From Cronobacter phage SG01: a stretch of DNA of 47,685 bases. The position numbers were made by a program, and so were the translations under genes. Under the pieces are notes generated by a model that worked only from the letters and a program-made list of their open reading frames with translations, was not told where the DNA came from and ran no database searches. This document shows positions 9,101-19,201 of this stretch, piece after piece; positions within the stretch are counted from its first letter, which is position 1; every line of letters begins with the position of its first letter. The stretch lies in the sequence record OP120783.1; one strand, given 5' to 3'.

Positions 9101-11809
9101 ATGGCCGAACAATTCGCCGGTATTGCTCTTGGCGTTGATGTGTCGCAGGTGGATAACGCCACGCGATCACTCAAGCGCTTCAAGGAAGCAAACCAGGAAG
9201 CTGCCAAAGGCATCAGTGAGTTCGTGGATGCCGAACAGGTTGCAAAGCAACAGGCTAAAGACCATTCCGCCGAGGTTTCAAAACAGGCGAAGGCGTACCG
9301 GGAAATCCAGAACGCCATAGATCCGACAGCTAAAAAAATGGACAGGTTGCGCGCTGCGGCGGAGCAGCTTGATAACCTGTGGAGCAAGGGCGTAGTTCCC
9401 GACAAGCAATTTTTTGAGCTTTCGGAAATGCTTGAGCAACAGCAGAACAAGCTGGCTGTTGCAAAGAAAGCGCTGACCGAGGAAGGCCGGGCCGCGCTGG
9501 AGGAATCACGCCAGAAAGCAAAAGCCACCGCAGAGGGTCAGAAGTTCATAGCCACCTTGAAGGCACAGGCAGACGCGGCTGGTAAGGCGCAATCTGAACT
9601 TGTAGAGATGCGGGCGGCGCAGCTTGGCGTTTCCGAGGCAGCAGCGCCATTTGTTGCCAGCCTGCGCGAGCAGGAAGCGGCAGCGTCTAAGCTGGGCGTG
9701 TCGATGGGCCAGTATAAGCAGGCGATGCGCATGTTGCCGGCGCAGATCACGGACGTGGTGACTTCTCTTGCTTCGGGAATGCCAGTCTGGATGGTGGCGA
9801 TCCAGCAGGGCGGGCAGATTAAGGACTCTTTCGGCGGAATTGGTAACACGTTCCGGGCACTTGCCACGTTCATTACGCCGATGAATGTGGCTATCGGTGC
9901 GGCGGCGGCTGCGCTTGGCGGCCTGGTGTTTTATGCCATCAAGAGCCAGACAGAGCTTGATAATTTGAAAAAATCAATCAGCGAGTCGCTCGGAATATCA
10001 GAGGCTGACGCTCAAAAGCTGGCGATTAATATCCGAAACATCGCCGATGCGTCAGGAAAGACTGCCGATGAAGTTACCGCAGCCTTCGTTTCCACAAAGG
10101 ATGGCGCTGGCGAGGCAATCCAGAAACTGCTTGATGTTGGTTACAGCTACCAGGATGCCAAAGATCTGGTTAACCAGTACAAAAACGCCTCGAATTTCAC
10201 CGCCGTTAACGAGGAAATCGAACAGCACAAACTGAAAGTTGCTGGCATCAAGGATAGCTGGAGCGATGCGGCACAGGGCGTTAAGGAATACTACACCGCA
10301 GCAGGTTTAGGCATGGCGAATGCCGCGCTTGGTGGCGCTTATGATGGCTCATTGCAGTTCCTGCAAAAGACCAGAGATTTCGTTGCGGCCAGTAAACAGG
10401 GGTGGCTTGATAGCCAAAAGGCGGCAGCAGCGGCAAACGAAGAAATTGGCAAAATGTACCTCAACACAAATCGTGTTGCCGGTGCCGAGAAAGAGTTGCA
10501 GGAAATCTACAAGCTTCGGAGTAAGGCGCAGTTAACCGGCGACAAGGAAGCAATCCGCCAATCAGAATACCTGATCGAGCAGAAGAAAAAGGAAATCAAA
10601 GAGATTCAGGAGGCCGAGGCCAAGAAGAATCGACCGAAGAAATCGCCAATCGTCCGGGGAGCCACGGAAACATACGATCAAGAAACGCTGGCATTGCAGG
10701 CGCAGCTTAAAACGCTACGCGAGCATACGACCATCAATGATCGCATTTCCCGGCAGCGCCAAAATCTCTTTGAGACAGAGGCGAAAATCAGCATCCTGGA
10801 AGATGCGCAGGGTAAGCGCCGCCTTTCTGCCAGCGAGCAGGAGTTGCTGACCAACAAGGCTTCTGTGCTGGAAACGGCGCGCCGAAATGCCGAGCTTGGC
10901 GATGCGATCCAGCTTCAAACTCGCATGAATAAGTTGCAGCAAGACAGCTCTAACTACATGAGAGACCTGGAGGATCAGCAGCAGTCTATCAACCTGCGGG
11001 CCAAAGGATACACCGACCAGCAGATCCAGCGGGAGGAACAGCTTAACGCCATCCGGAAGAAGTACGAACAGGCGGCGGAAGGGGTTACAGATCAGGATAA
11101 GATTGCAGAAATTAACCGGCAAAAAGATGCGGTTCTGGCGGCGCAGCAGAAGCTGTACGATAGCGAGGACAGCTTAAGCAGCAACTGGCTTGCTGGAGCG
11201 AAAAACGCATTCGCTAAATATGGCGAATCGGCGATGGATATGTATAGCAACGTTGGGGAAATAGCAGGTGCTGCGCTGAACGGTTTAAGTAATCAGATGA
11301 CTGAATTTCTGACAACCGGCAAAGCCAGCTTTAAAGATTTCGCAACTTCAATCCTTAAAATGATTGTTGAGATGATATCCAAGATGGTCATCTTTAACGC
11401 CCTTTCAGGGCTGACAGGCGGAAAAACCTGGAGTATGTCCGATATCATTGGTAGCTTCGCTGGTGGCGGCTACACTGGCGCTGGCGGGAAGTACGAGCCG
11501 AAAGGCGTCGTTCATGGTGGCGAATTTGTATTCACCAAAGAGGCAACTAGCAGGATCGGAGTGAAAAACCTTTACCGCATGATGCGTGGATATGCGAACG
11601 GCGGTCAGGTTGGAGGTTCAACTTTCGGAGGCTCATCCCGCACTGTCGCTGGATCTGCTTTTAGCTTCGGAGATATTAATGTTGAGGTTAACAACGGAAA
11701 TGACCCGGCAAGTACGGAGCGCGGCGTCAAGATGATTTTTGAACAGTTAATTCAGGAAGCCTGTACGCAAGGCGGAGCGGTTTATAATTACGTGGAGAGT
11801 AAACGATAA
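9101..11809 (+). CDS. Tail tape measure protein
   Basis: 902 aa, coiled-coil N-term, MLPAQITDVVTSLASGMPVWMVAIQQGGQIKDSFGG signature. Confidence 0.95.
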   Translation: MAEQFAGIALGVDVSQVDNATRSLKRFKEANQEAAKGISEFVDAEQVAKQQAKDHSAEVSKQAKAYREIQNAIDPTAKKMDRLRAAAEQLDNLWSKGVVPDKQFFELSEMLEQQQNKLAVAKKALTEEGRAALEESRQKAKATAEGQKFIATLKAQADAAGKAQSELVEMRAAQLGVSEAAAPFVASLREQEAAASKLGVSMGQYKQAMRMLPAQITDVVTSLASGMPVWMVAIQQGGQIKDSFGGIGNTFRALATFITPMNVAIGAAAAALGGLVFYAIKSQTELDNLKKSISESLGISEADAQKLAINIRNIADASGKTADEVTAAFVSTKDGAGEAIQKLLDVGYSYQDAKDLVNQYKNASNFTAVNEEIEQHKLKVAGIKDSWSDAAQGVKEYYTAAGLGMANAALGGAYDGSLQFLQKTRDFVAASKQGWLDSQKAAAAANEEIGKMYLNTNRVAGAEKELQEIYKLRSKAQLTGDKEAIRQSEYLIEQKKKEIKEIQEAEAKKNRPKKSPIVRGATETYDQETLALQAQLKTLREHTTINDRISRQRQNLFETEAKISILEDAQGKRRLSASEQELLTNKASVLETARRNAELGDAIQLQTRMNKLQQDSSNYMRDLEDQQQSINLRAKGYTDQQIQREEQLNAIRKKYEQAAEGVTDQDKIAEINRQKDAVLAAQQKLYDSEDSLSSNWLAGAKNAFAKYGESAMDMYSNVGEIAGAALNGLSNQMTEFLTTGKASFKDFATSILKMIVEMISKMVIFNALSGLTGGKTWSMSDIIGSFAGGGYTGAGGKYEPKGVVHGGEFVFTKEATSRIGVKNLYRMMRGYANGGQVGGSTFGGSSRTVAGSAFSFGDINVEVNNGNDPASTERGVKMIFEQLIQEACTQGGAVYNYVESKR

Positions 11810-12162
11810 TGGCAAAACTTGACAGCTTCAACTGGTGTACGCAGGTGCAAAACGGCGGCGGGGCTATGACAACCACGAACAATGACCGAATGGTTGTTTT
11901 CGGAAACGGATATACGCAAGTTGCATCATCTGGATATAACACCGTCCGCAGGGAATTTTCCATCACTTACGCTGGCGATGATTATATTCAGGTGCTTGAT
12001 TTCCTTAATAGTCACCGCCTAAAGCCTTTTCACTGGAAATCCCCCGATGGCAAATCGGGTTTGTTCCGTGTAAAGGCCGACAGTGTGACGGCGACGCCGA
12101 TTTCTTCAACCGTTCAGGAGGTGAAGGCAACTTTCACCGAGCAATTTACCAGCATGACCTGA
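11809..12162 (+). CDS. Minor tail protein M-like
   Basis: Lambda-like order; DYIQVLDFLNSHRLKPFHWKSPDG. Confidence 0.8.
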   Translation: MAKLDSFNWCTQVQNGGGAMTTTNNDRMVVFGNGYTQVASSGYNTVRREFSITYAGDDYIQVLDFLNSHRLKPFHWKSPDGKSGLFRVKADSVTATPISSTVQEVKATFTEQFTSMT

Positions 12163-12166
12163 CACC

Positions 12167-12192
12167 AAAGCCGCCTTTGTGCGGCTTTTTTA
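12167..12192 (+). terminator. Intrinsic terminator
   Basis: AAAGCCGC-N6-GCGGCTTT + Ts. Confidence 0.75.
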
Positions 12193-12230
12193 TTGGTGCT
12201 ACAATGGCCGGAAATAACGGAGGTAAAAAC

Positions 12231-12986
12231 ATGCCAATAGACCTGAACAAAGATTTCTCAAACTGTCTGCAAAGTCTCTACCCTGGCGAGATCCTAACGC
12301 TGGTGGAGATTGACGGCACTAAGTTTGGGGCGCGAGTTTATCGCTTCCACGCTGAAAACCTGCAATATACCGCAGAGGAATTGATGGTCGCCCAGCAGAC
12401 CGGAACGCTCCCATCAAAAGATGTTAAGTTTCAGGGGAAAACTTACGGCGCGCGACCGTTCGGCATTTCCGGCATTAGCTTTTCCAGCGACGGTAAAGCA
12501 GGCAAGCCGCAGCTAACGCTTTCCAACATTGACAGCCAGGTTTCGGCCCTGATTCGCACCTATAACGGCATGATGCAGGCTAAGGTTACGATCTACATCG
12601 TGGCGGCTGACTTGATGGATGCTAACGGAAACGTTGCAGATGGCGCATTCCGCAGGCTGACTTATTACATTGAGCGCCCCAATTTCTGCAATCCAACGAT
12701 TGCCAGATTCGATCTTACATCTCCATACGATATGGATGGTATCATGATACCGCCGCGAGTAACTCAGTCGGTCTGTTATTGGGCGCAGCGTAACTGGTAC
12801 AAAACCGGAAAGGGTTGCGGGTACAACGGGCCGCGAATGTTCGATAAAGACAACAATCCGGTTACAGATCCATCCCTCGACAGGTGCGCCGGAACTGTGA
12901 CGGCCTGCAAACTCCGATTTGGAGAGGATGCAGAGTTAGATTTCGGTGCTTGCGCAGTGGCTTCTTTGATGAGTAGAACGCAATGA
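12231..12986 (+). CDS. Minor tail protein L-like (cysteine-rich C-terminus)
   Basis: SD GGAGGT before ATG 12231; SVCYWAQRNWYKTGKGCGYNGPRMF...CAGTVTACKLRFG... resembles lambda gpL Cys cluster. Confidence 0.85.
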   Translation: MPIDLNKDFSNCLQSLYPGEILTLVEIDGTKFGARVYRFHAENLQYTAEELMVAQQTGTLPSKDVKFQGKTYGARPFGISGISFSSDGKAGKPQLTLSNIDSQVSALIRTYNGMMQAKVTIYIVAADLMDANGNVADGAFRRLTYYIERPNFCNPTIARFDLTSPYDMDGIMIPPRVTQSVCYWAQRNWYKTGKGCGYNGPRMFDKDNNPVTDPSLDRCAGTVTACKLRFGEDAELDFGACAVASLMSRTQ

Positions 12987-13717
12987 TAAACGCAAAAATT
13001 AAGATGGAAATTATGCGCCACGCTAAAGAGGTATACCCTCAAGAATGCTGTGGCGTGGTGACACAGAAATCTCGCGTACAGAGATACCACCGCATTGATA
13101 ACGTGCATCCAGATCCGGAAAATCATTTCATGATGGATGTTTCTCAGTATGCGGAAGTTATGGATTCTGATCAGGAAATCATAGCTATTGCCCATAGCCA
13201 CACCGGCGACGGCGCTACTACGCTGCCGAGCGCTCACGACACCTGCATGTGTGACGAAATGCAGATCACATGGGTTATCGTGTCGCTTCCAGAGGGTGAT
13301 ATGCGTTTCGTTGAGCCTGCTACTCGACCTCTGACCGGCAGGCCGTGGGCGCTTGGTTCCTATGATTGCTGGGGTCTTATCATGGCCTGGCATAAGCAGC
13401 ATGGCGTAAACCTCAGAGACTTCCGGAAGCCTTACGAATGGTGGAAGCCGGAGCATGGCGAAAACTTATACCAGGATAATTATCTTTCTGAGGGCTTTAT
13501 TCCATCTCCTGATCAGGAAAGGCCGAGGCCCGGAGATATGGTGATATTCCAGCTTCAATCCGAAGTATGGAATCACGCCGGGATTTACCTGGGTGATAAT
13601 CAGCTTTTGCACCATCTGCAAGGTAAGCTTTCAAAGATAGACGTTTATTCTGGCTGGTATCAAGAACACGCGAAAATGATTTGCAGACACAAGGATCTGA
13701 AATATGAGCGAGATTAA
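12983..13717 (+). CDS. Tail assembly protein K-like (JAMM/Mov34 + NlpC/P60 domains)
   Basis: PQECCGVV...HSHTGDG (JAMM) and YDCWGLIMAW... HAGIYLGDNQLLHH (NlpC/P60). Confidence 0.9.
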   Translation: MINAKIKMEIMRHAKEVYPQECCGVVTQKSRVQRYHRIDNVHPDPENHFMMDVSQYAEVMDSDQEIIAIAHSHTGDGATTLPSAHDTCMCDEMQITWVIVSLPEGDMRFVEPATRPLTGRPWALGSYDCWGLIMAWHKQHGVNLRDFRKPYEWWKPEHGENLYQDNYLSEGFIPSPDQERPRPGDMVIFQLQSEVWNHAGIYLGDNQLLHHLQGKLSKIDVYSGWYQEHAKMICRHKDLKYERD

Positions 13718-14303
13718 GAAGATAAAACTATCCGGTTCACTTGGACGCCGATTCGGCGTTTTTCACCGCTTCGCCGTTGATAGCTACCCGGAAGCCATCC
13801 GGGCACTGTCATCTCAGGTTGCCGGTTTTAAGGACTTCATGCAAAGCGAGATCGGATCGCGTATGCAGTTTGCCGTTTTCGTTGATGGCCGTAACGTTGG
13901 GCAGTATGACGAACACGCCTGGAAATGCGCCAAAGAAGTTCGCCTGATACCGGTTCCAACTGGATCAAAAAATGGCGGTCTGTTAACTATTGTCGTTGGC
14001 GCTACCATCATGGCGGCGGCTTTCTTTACTGGAGGGGCTTCACTTGCCGCGATGGGTAAGCTAGCAACATCTGCTTTTCTGATGGGTGGTTCTATGGTGC
14101 TTGGTGGCGTAATGCAAATGCTTTCTCCGCAGCAGGGCGGAGCAAAGATGCAGATTAATAGCACGGAGAACGCGCCGTCATACGCTTTCGGCGGCGCAGT
14201 CAATACCACGGCGGCTGGCTACCCGGTTCCTCTACCGTATGGTTACAGAACTGTTGGCGGAGCTATCTGGTCGGCAGGCAGTTATTCAGAGGATAAAGCA
14301 TAA
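13704..14303 (+). CDS. Tail assembly protein I-like
   Basis: Lambda-like order, Gly/Ala-rich central region. Confidence 0.85.
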   Translation: MSEIKKIKLSGSLGRRFGVFHRFAVDSYPEAIRALSSQVAGFKDFMQSEIGSRMQFAVFVDGRNVGQYDEHAWKCAKEVRLIPVPTGSKNGGLLTIVVGATIMAAAFFTGGASLAAMGKLATSAFLMGGSMVLGGVMQMLSPQQGGAKMQINSTENAPSYAFGGAVNTTAAGYPVPLPYGYRTVGGAIWSAGSYSEDKA

Positions 14304-14308
14304 TCAGG

Positions 14309-14333
14309 GGCCGCATTGTGCGGCCTTTTTTTT
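14309..14333 (+). terminator. Intrinsic terminator
   Basis: GGCCGC-N5-GCGGCC + T8. Confidence 0.8.
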
Positions 14334-14344
14334 GCCCGTATAAT
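14316..14344 (+). promoter_or_regulatory. Candidate promoter overlapping terminator
   Basis: TTGTGC (14316-14321) N17 TATAAT (14339-14344). Confidence 0.35.
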
Positions 14345-14377
14345 GGCCGCAATAAATACCACAAAAAGGAAAGACAG

Positions 14378-17300
14378 ATGACGAAGAAAGTGATATCGGG
14401 CAGCAAGGGCGGCAGCGCGAAGCCGCATACTCCAAAAGAAATGGCTGACAACCTGATCTCGATCAACAAAATTAAAATCCTTCTCGCCGTTTCTGATGGC
14501 GAATGCGACCCTGATTTTTCTCTCAAAAATCTTTATCTTGATGACGTTCCGGTTCAAAACGAGGATGGCAGCTACAACTACCAGGGCGTCACCGCAGAGT
14601 TCAGGCCAGGCACGCAGACTCAGAGCTATATCAAGGGGTTCACAGATAGCTCAAGCGAGATCACATTGCAGCGAGTCATTACCAATGACAATCCTTACGT
14701 CATATCAGTTACCGACAAAAACCTTTCTGCGCTGAGAATCAAGATGATGATCCCGCAGGGCGTGAAGGTTGAAAATGACGGCGACCGAGTAGGCATCAGT
14801 GTTACTTATCGTGTTGATATGGCCGTTGACGGCGGGGCATATAAAACCGTTTTAACTGATACGATATCCGGGAAAACGACCAGCGGATATGACCGAAGCC
14901 GTCGCGTTGACTTACCGGACTTTAACGATCAGGTTTTGGTTCGCGTGTCTCGCGTGACGCCGGACAGCACAAATTCTAACGTTGTGGATACGATCCGCCT
15001 ACAAAGCTACGCGAACGTTATCGACGCCAAATTCCGCTATCCTCTGACAGGTATTGTGTACGTCGAATTTGATTCCGAGCTGTTCCCTAATCAGATCCCA
15101 ACCATATCTGTCAAGAAGCGCTGGAAGCTTATTAACGTGCCGAGCAATTATGACACGGAGTTGCGCGAGTATTCCGGCACTTGGGATGGAACATGGAAGA
15201 AGGCGTGGAGCAACAACCCGGCATTCGTGCTTTATGACCTGATAACCAATCAGCGCTATGGTCTCGATCAGAAAGAGCTTGGCATCGCCATTGATAAATG
15301 GAGCATTTACGAAGCGGCCCAATACTGCGATCAGAAAGTGCCTGACGGGAAAGGCGGAACGGAGCCGCGCTATCTGTGCGACGTGGTGATCCAGAATCAG
15401 GTAGAGGCTTACCAGCTTGTGCGCGATATTTGCTCTATCTTTCGCGGAATGAGTTTTTGGAACGGCGAGAGCTTGTCTATCATCATCGACAGGCCGCGCG
15501 ATCCGTCTTACCTGTTTACGAATGAAAACGTTGTAAACGGAGATTTCAGTTACACCTACGCCAGCGAAAAGAGCATGTACACGCAGTGCAACGTCACCTT
15601 TGATGATGAGCAAAATATGTACAAACAGGATGTCGAAGGTGTTTTCGACGTTGAAGCATCCATGCGATTTGGTTACAACCCGACCAGCATTACAGCCATC
15701 GGTTGCACGCGCAGGAGCGAGGCTAACAGACGCGGGCGCTGGATACTAAAAACCAACCTTCGCAGCACGACAGTAAACTTTGCAACCGGACTTGAGGGCA
15801 TGATACCGACAATTGGCGATGTTATCGCGATTGCGGACAACTTCTGGAGTAGCGCGCTTACACTTAGCCTTTCCGGGCGCGTGGCAGAGGTTAGCGGCTT
15901 GCAAGTTTTCCTGAACTATAAAGTTGATGCCCGAGCAGGTGACTTTATCATCGTCAACCGACCTGACGGTAAGCCTGTGCGCCGCACCATCTCAAAGGTG
16001 AGCAGCGACGGCAAAACCATAAGCATAAATACCGGGTTCGGTTTTGATGTTATGCCAGATGCTGTTTTTGCCATTGAGCGTACAGATATCGCGTTGCAGC
16101 AGTATGTGGTGACAAAAATCACTCGTGGCGATGACCAGGAGGAATTTACCTACAGCATAACGGCGGTTCAGTACGATCCGAACAAATACGACGAGATTGA
16201 CTATGGCGTCAATATTGATGACCGGCCAACAAGTAACGTGACGCCAGATCAGCTTGAGAAACCGAAAAACGTTAAGGTTTCTTCATATTCTCGCGTAGTG
16301 CAGGGAATCAGCGTTGAAACCATGCGCGTAACCTGGGATAAGGTTCCATACGCCAGCCTTTATGAGATGCAATGGCGCAAAGGGGATGGTGACTGGAACA
16401 ACACGCCGCAGACGTCCAACAAGGAAATAGAGGTAGAGGGTATCTATGCCGGCAACTACGGCGTAAGGGTTCGCGCTGTTTCAGCGCAGGGCAGCGCTTC
16501 CGTCTGGTCAGATATTGTGAACGTGTCGCTAAAAGGCAAAGTTGGAGAGCCTGGCGCGCCGGTCAACATGACGGCTTCTGATGATGAGGTTTTCGGCATC
16601 CGGGTTAAGTGGGGATTTGCGCCAGACTCCGGAGATACAGCTTACACCGAATTGCAGCAGGCACCGAACGGCGCAGATGGTCATCCTATTGAGGATCAGG
16701 CAACGCTGTTAACGATGGTTCCATATCCGCAATATGACTACTGGCATAGCATTCTCCCGGCTGGCTATGTTAACTGGTACAGGGCGCGAACTGTGGATCG
16801 CATAGGAAACGTGTCGCCGTGGAGTGAGTTCGTAAGGGGCATGGCGTCGGACGACACCAGCATCATAACGGATCACATTAAGGTTGATATCGAAGGTTCT
16901 GACGGCTTCAAATGGTTGAAGGAAAATGCGATTGCGGCCAATGACAAGATCCACTCATCGGCGGAGGCGGCCATTGAAAACGCCTTAGCTAATGATGCCG
17001 ATGTTCGCATTCAGCAGGTTAAAAATGGTAAGTTCAGGGCGCAAATCAAAGAGAGCCTAAAACTCATCGCCAGCGAAACAGAGGCCCGCGTGACGCAGGT
17101 TTCACAATTGCAGGCGGAGGTTGAAGGAGAAATGTCGGCCATGAATACCGAACTGCGAGAGGTTATCGCAAACGGAGATCAGGCGCTCTCTCAATCCATC
17201 CAGGATCTGAAAGCGCAAATTGGCGACGATATCCAGGGTCAGATAACGCAGGTTCAGCAGGCGATAGCAACGGAAACCGAAGCCAGGGTTTCGGCAGATA

Positions 17301-17803
17301 CCGCATTATCAGCGCGTCTTGGCAACAATGAGGCAGCGCTGAATGAGAAGCTTGATTCGTGGTCTAACGCAACCTCAACCGGCGCTATGTATGGCGTCAA
17401 GCTTGGTCTCCGGTATAACGGAAAAGAGTATGACGCCGGGCTTGCATTGTCGCTTGTGGGTTCTGGAACTGCGGTTAAATCGCAATTGCTGGTTAGCGCT
17501 GACCGGTTCGCCGTTATCAGCAATGCTTCGTCGAACTCTTTCGCGCTGCCGTTCGTTGTTGAGGGATCGCAGGTGTTTATTAACAGCCTTTTCGTTAAGG
17601 ATGGAACAATAACAAACGCCAAAATAGGCTCGTTTTTGCAGTCAAATAACTATGTCGCAGGCACTAGCGGATGGAGAATTGACAAAAACGGAAACTTTGA
17701 GATTAACGGAAGCGGTGGAACTGGTAGAATGAGGATTACCAATAACATTGTGCAGATATGGGATGCAAACAACGTTCTGCGCGTAAGAATGGGGCTTTTC
17801 TAA
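14378..17803 (+). CDS. Tail tip attachment / host specificity protein J-like
   Basis: ~1141 aa; GSKGGSAKPHTPKEMADNLISINKIKILLAVSDGE... signature of gpJ family. Confidence 0.95.
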   Translation: MTKKVISGSKGGSAKPHTPKEMADNLISINKIKILLAVSDGECDPDFSLKNLYLDDVPVQNEDGSYNYQGVTAEFRPGTQTQSYIKGFTDSSSEITLQRVITNDNPYVISVTDKNLSALRIKMMIPQGVKVENDGDRVGISVTYRVDMAVDGGAYKTVLTDTISGKTTSGYDRSRRVDLPDFNDQVLVRVSRVTPDSTNSNVVDTIRLQSYANVIDAKFRYPLTGIVYVEFDSELFPNQIPTISVKKRWKLINVPSNYDTELREYSGTWDGTWKKAWSNNPAFVLYDLITNQRYGLDQKELGIAIDKWSIYEAAQYCDQKVPDGKGGTEPRYLCDVVIQNQVEAYQLVRDICSIFRGMSFWNGESLSIIIDRPRDPSYLFTNENVVNGDFSYTYASEKSMYTQCNVTFDDEQNMYKQDVEGVFDVEASMRFGYNPTSITAIGCTRRSEANRRGRWILKTNLRSTTVNFATGLEGMIPTIGDVIAIADNFWSSALTLSLSGRVAEVSGLQVFLNYKVDARAGDFIIVNRPDGKPVRRTISKVSSDGKTISINTGFGFDVMPDAVFAIERTDIALQQYVVTKITRGDDQEEFTYSITAVQYDPNKYDEIDYGVNIDDRPTSNVTPDQLEKPKNVKVSSYSRVVQGISVETMRVTWDKVPYASLYEMQWRKGDGDWNNTPQTSNKEIEVEGIYAGNYGVRVRAVSAQGSASVWSDIVNVSLKGKVGEPGAPVNMTASDDEVFGIRVKWGFAPDSGDTAYTELQQAPNGADGHPIEDQATLLTMVPYPQYDYWHSILPAGYVNWYRARTVDRIGNVSPWSEFVRGMASDDTSIITDHIKVDIEGSDGFKWLKENAIAANDKIHSSAEAAIENALANDADVRIQQVKNGKFRAQIKESLKLIASETEARVTQVSQLQAEVEGEMSAMNTELREVIANGDQALSQSIQDLKAQIGDDIQGQITQVQQAIATETEARVSADTALSARLGNNEAALNEKLDSWSNATSTGAMYGVKLGLRYNGKEYDAGLALSLVGSGTAVKSQLLVSADRFAVISNASSNSFALPFVVEGSQVFINSLFVKDGTITNAKIGSFLQSNNYVAGTSGWRIDKNGNFEINGSGGTGRMRITNNIVQIWDANNVLRVRMGLF

Positions 17804-18093
17804 TGTCAGGATTACAATGTTGGGATGCCAGCGGAAAGCTTGTGGTTGATCTTGGTGATTACATGGTCAGGCACGTAGGAACGATTACGGTTAAGGCTCC
17901 CGCTGCCGTTAATCAATTTAATGTTGCAATGCCTGGCGCTACGGCGTCAGGTTCATTTGCCGCGATAACAGATATCTTTATGGTGACAAGGATATGGGGA
18001 ACATCATGTTACGATGGGGGCGTTACGGTTTTTTTCGTGCCGGGAACGTCATATGCTGACACTTTAACCATTGATTTATATAATTTCATATGA
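17803..18093 (+). CDS. Small tail-tip-associated protein
   Basis: ATG overlaps J stop; N-terminus MSGLQCWDASGKLVVDL similar to next gene. Confidence 0.6.
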   Translation: MSGLQCWDASGKLVVDLGDYMVRHVGTITVKAPAAVNQFNVAMPGATASGSFAAITDIFMVTRIWGTSCYDGGVTVFFVPGTSYADTLTIDLYNFI

Positions 18094-18749
18094 GCGGATT
18101 CGAAGTAAGAAATGCAGACGGTGCAGTAACCGTCAACAGTGATTATAAATCTCCTTTGTTCTCATCCTACGTGGCATCACCAAGAATGGAGAGTGTCGGG
18201 GCAGTTGATGGCAATGTTCCTGGTTTTGGCAGGTTAAGGGAGCTTGCGCCATTCCTGATCGGTCTTGATGTCACCTATCAGCCAGGGCAGCTTAACTGGT
18301 TCAGGATGTCTGTTGGTGGGTGGGGTTTGCCTGGCGCTGGGTATTTCGTTCCGGGGAAGGTTAACATTGCAAAAACCAGAATTGACGTTGCAGCTCAGAG
18401 TGGTTACTTAGACGTTTTTGATTCTTCTGGCAAGTTAATTTGGTCTGCAAAGTCGGCGGCGACAATGCCAAGAATTTTGGGTTTCTTGACCGTTCCGCCT
18501 AATTACGACCTGGAAGATAATATCCTAACTGTTGCGGTTCCTGGTACTCCTTTCATGCCTCTTGAATGTTTTATGGGGGCCATAAACGAGGATAATGAAG
18601 GCGTTGGCGCAAAGAATGGTATAGTAATAAAGCAGCAATCAGGATCGGTGATATTGAGGTATATCAACCAAAACGGAAAAAGTTATAACAAAACGCCAGT
18701 TTACTCCAGAGGATATAAGATCCCGTATGGAGTATTTCCCAACCTCTAA
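18090..18749 (+). CDS. Tail-tip/receptor-binding associated protein
   Basis: Overlapping start; N-term MSGFEVRNADGAVTVNSD parallels preceding gene. Confidence 0.6.
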   Translation: MSGFEVRNADGAVTVNSDYKSPLFSSYVASPRMESVGAVDGNVPGFGRLRELAPFLIGLDVTYQPGQLNWFRMSVGGWGLPGAGYFVPGKVNIAKTRIDVAAQSGYLDVFDSSGKLIWSAKSAATMPRILGFLTVPPNYDLEDNILTVAVPGTPFMPLECFMGAINEDNEGVGAKNGIVIKQQSGSVILRYINQNGKSYNKTPVYSRGYKIPYGVFPNL

Positions 18750-18769
18750 CCCGCTTCGGCGGGTTTTTC
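18748..18769 (+). terminator. Intrinsic terminator closing the structural operon
   Basis: AACCCGC-TTCG-GCGGGTT + Ts. Confidence 0.85.
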
Positions 18770-18860
18770 TTTGCCTTTTGTTCAAATTGTTCTCAGGTGT
18801 TCACAACATTGCGCTCCGCAGATTTTGCGCAAAATTTGAGCGAAATTACCATACCTTGCA

Positions 18861-19110
18861 GCCTCCCCTCCCCCATAGATATATATGAAAATTAAAGGTT
18901 TATTTATTTATTTATCTATATGGGGAGGGGTATGGGATGATGTTGTTCATTTTGTATCTGTTTTTCGGAGGGTATTGGATATGTTTTGCGATTTGAATAT
19001 ATGATTATTGATATATGCGTATATTTATATGGGGATGCCGAAATCTCGATACAGCGTGAACATTTTAATATTCTGCATGAAAACATGCACTTACAGTGCC
19101 TGAAAACATT
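18861..19110. repeat. AT-rich element copy 1, flanked by C-tract/G-tract inverted repeat
   Basis: GCCTCCCCTCCCCCAT...TTTATTTATTTATTTATC...ATGGGGAGGGG; diverged copy at 38325..38598. Confidence 0.8.
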
Positions 19111-19145
19111 GTAGACATAAGAAAACAAATTGAACATCCAAAGTG

Positions 19146-19174
19146 TTGCCATTATCAGCCAAATGGCATAGAAT
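19146..19174 (+). promoter_or_regulatory. Candidate promoter of recombination genes
   Basis: TTGCCA (19146-19151) N17 TAGAAT (19169-19174); TGCCAT...ATGGCA inverted repeat within spacer. Confidence 0.55.
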
Positions 19175-19201
19175 CATCCAATATCAACAAAGGAGATGGA
19201 T

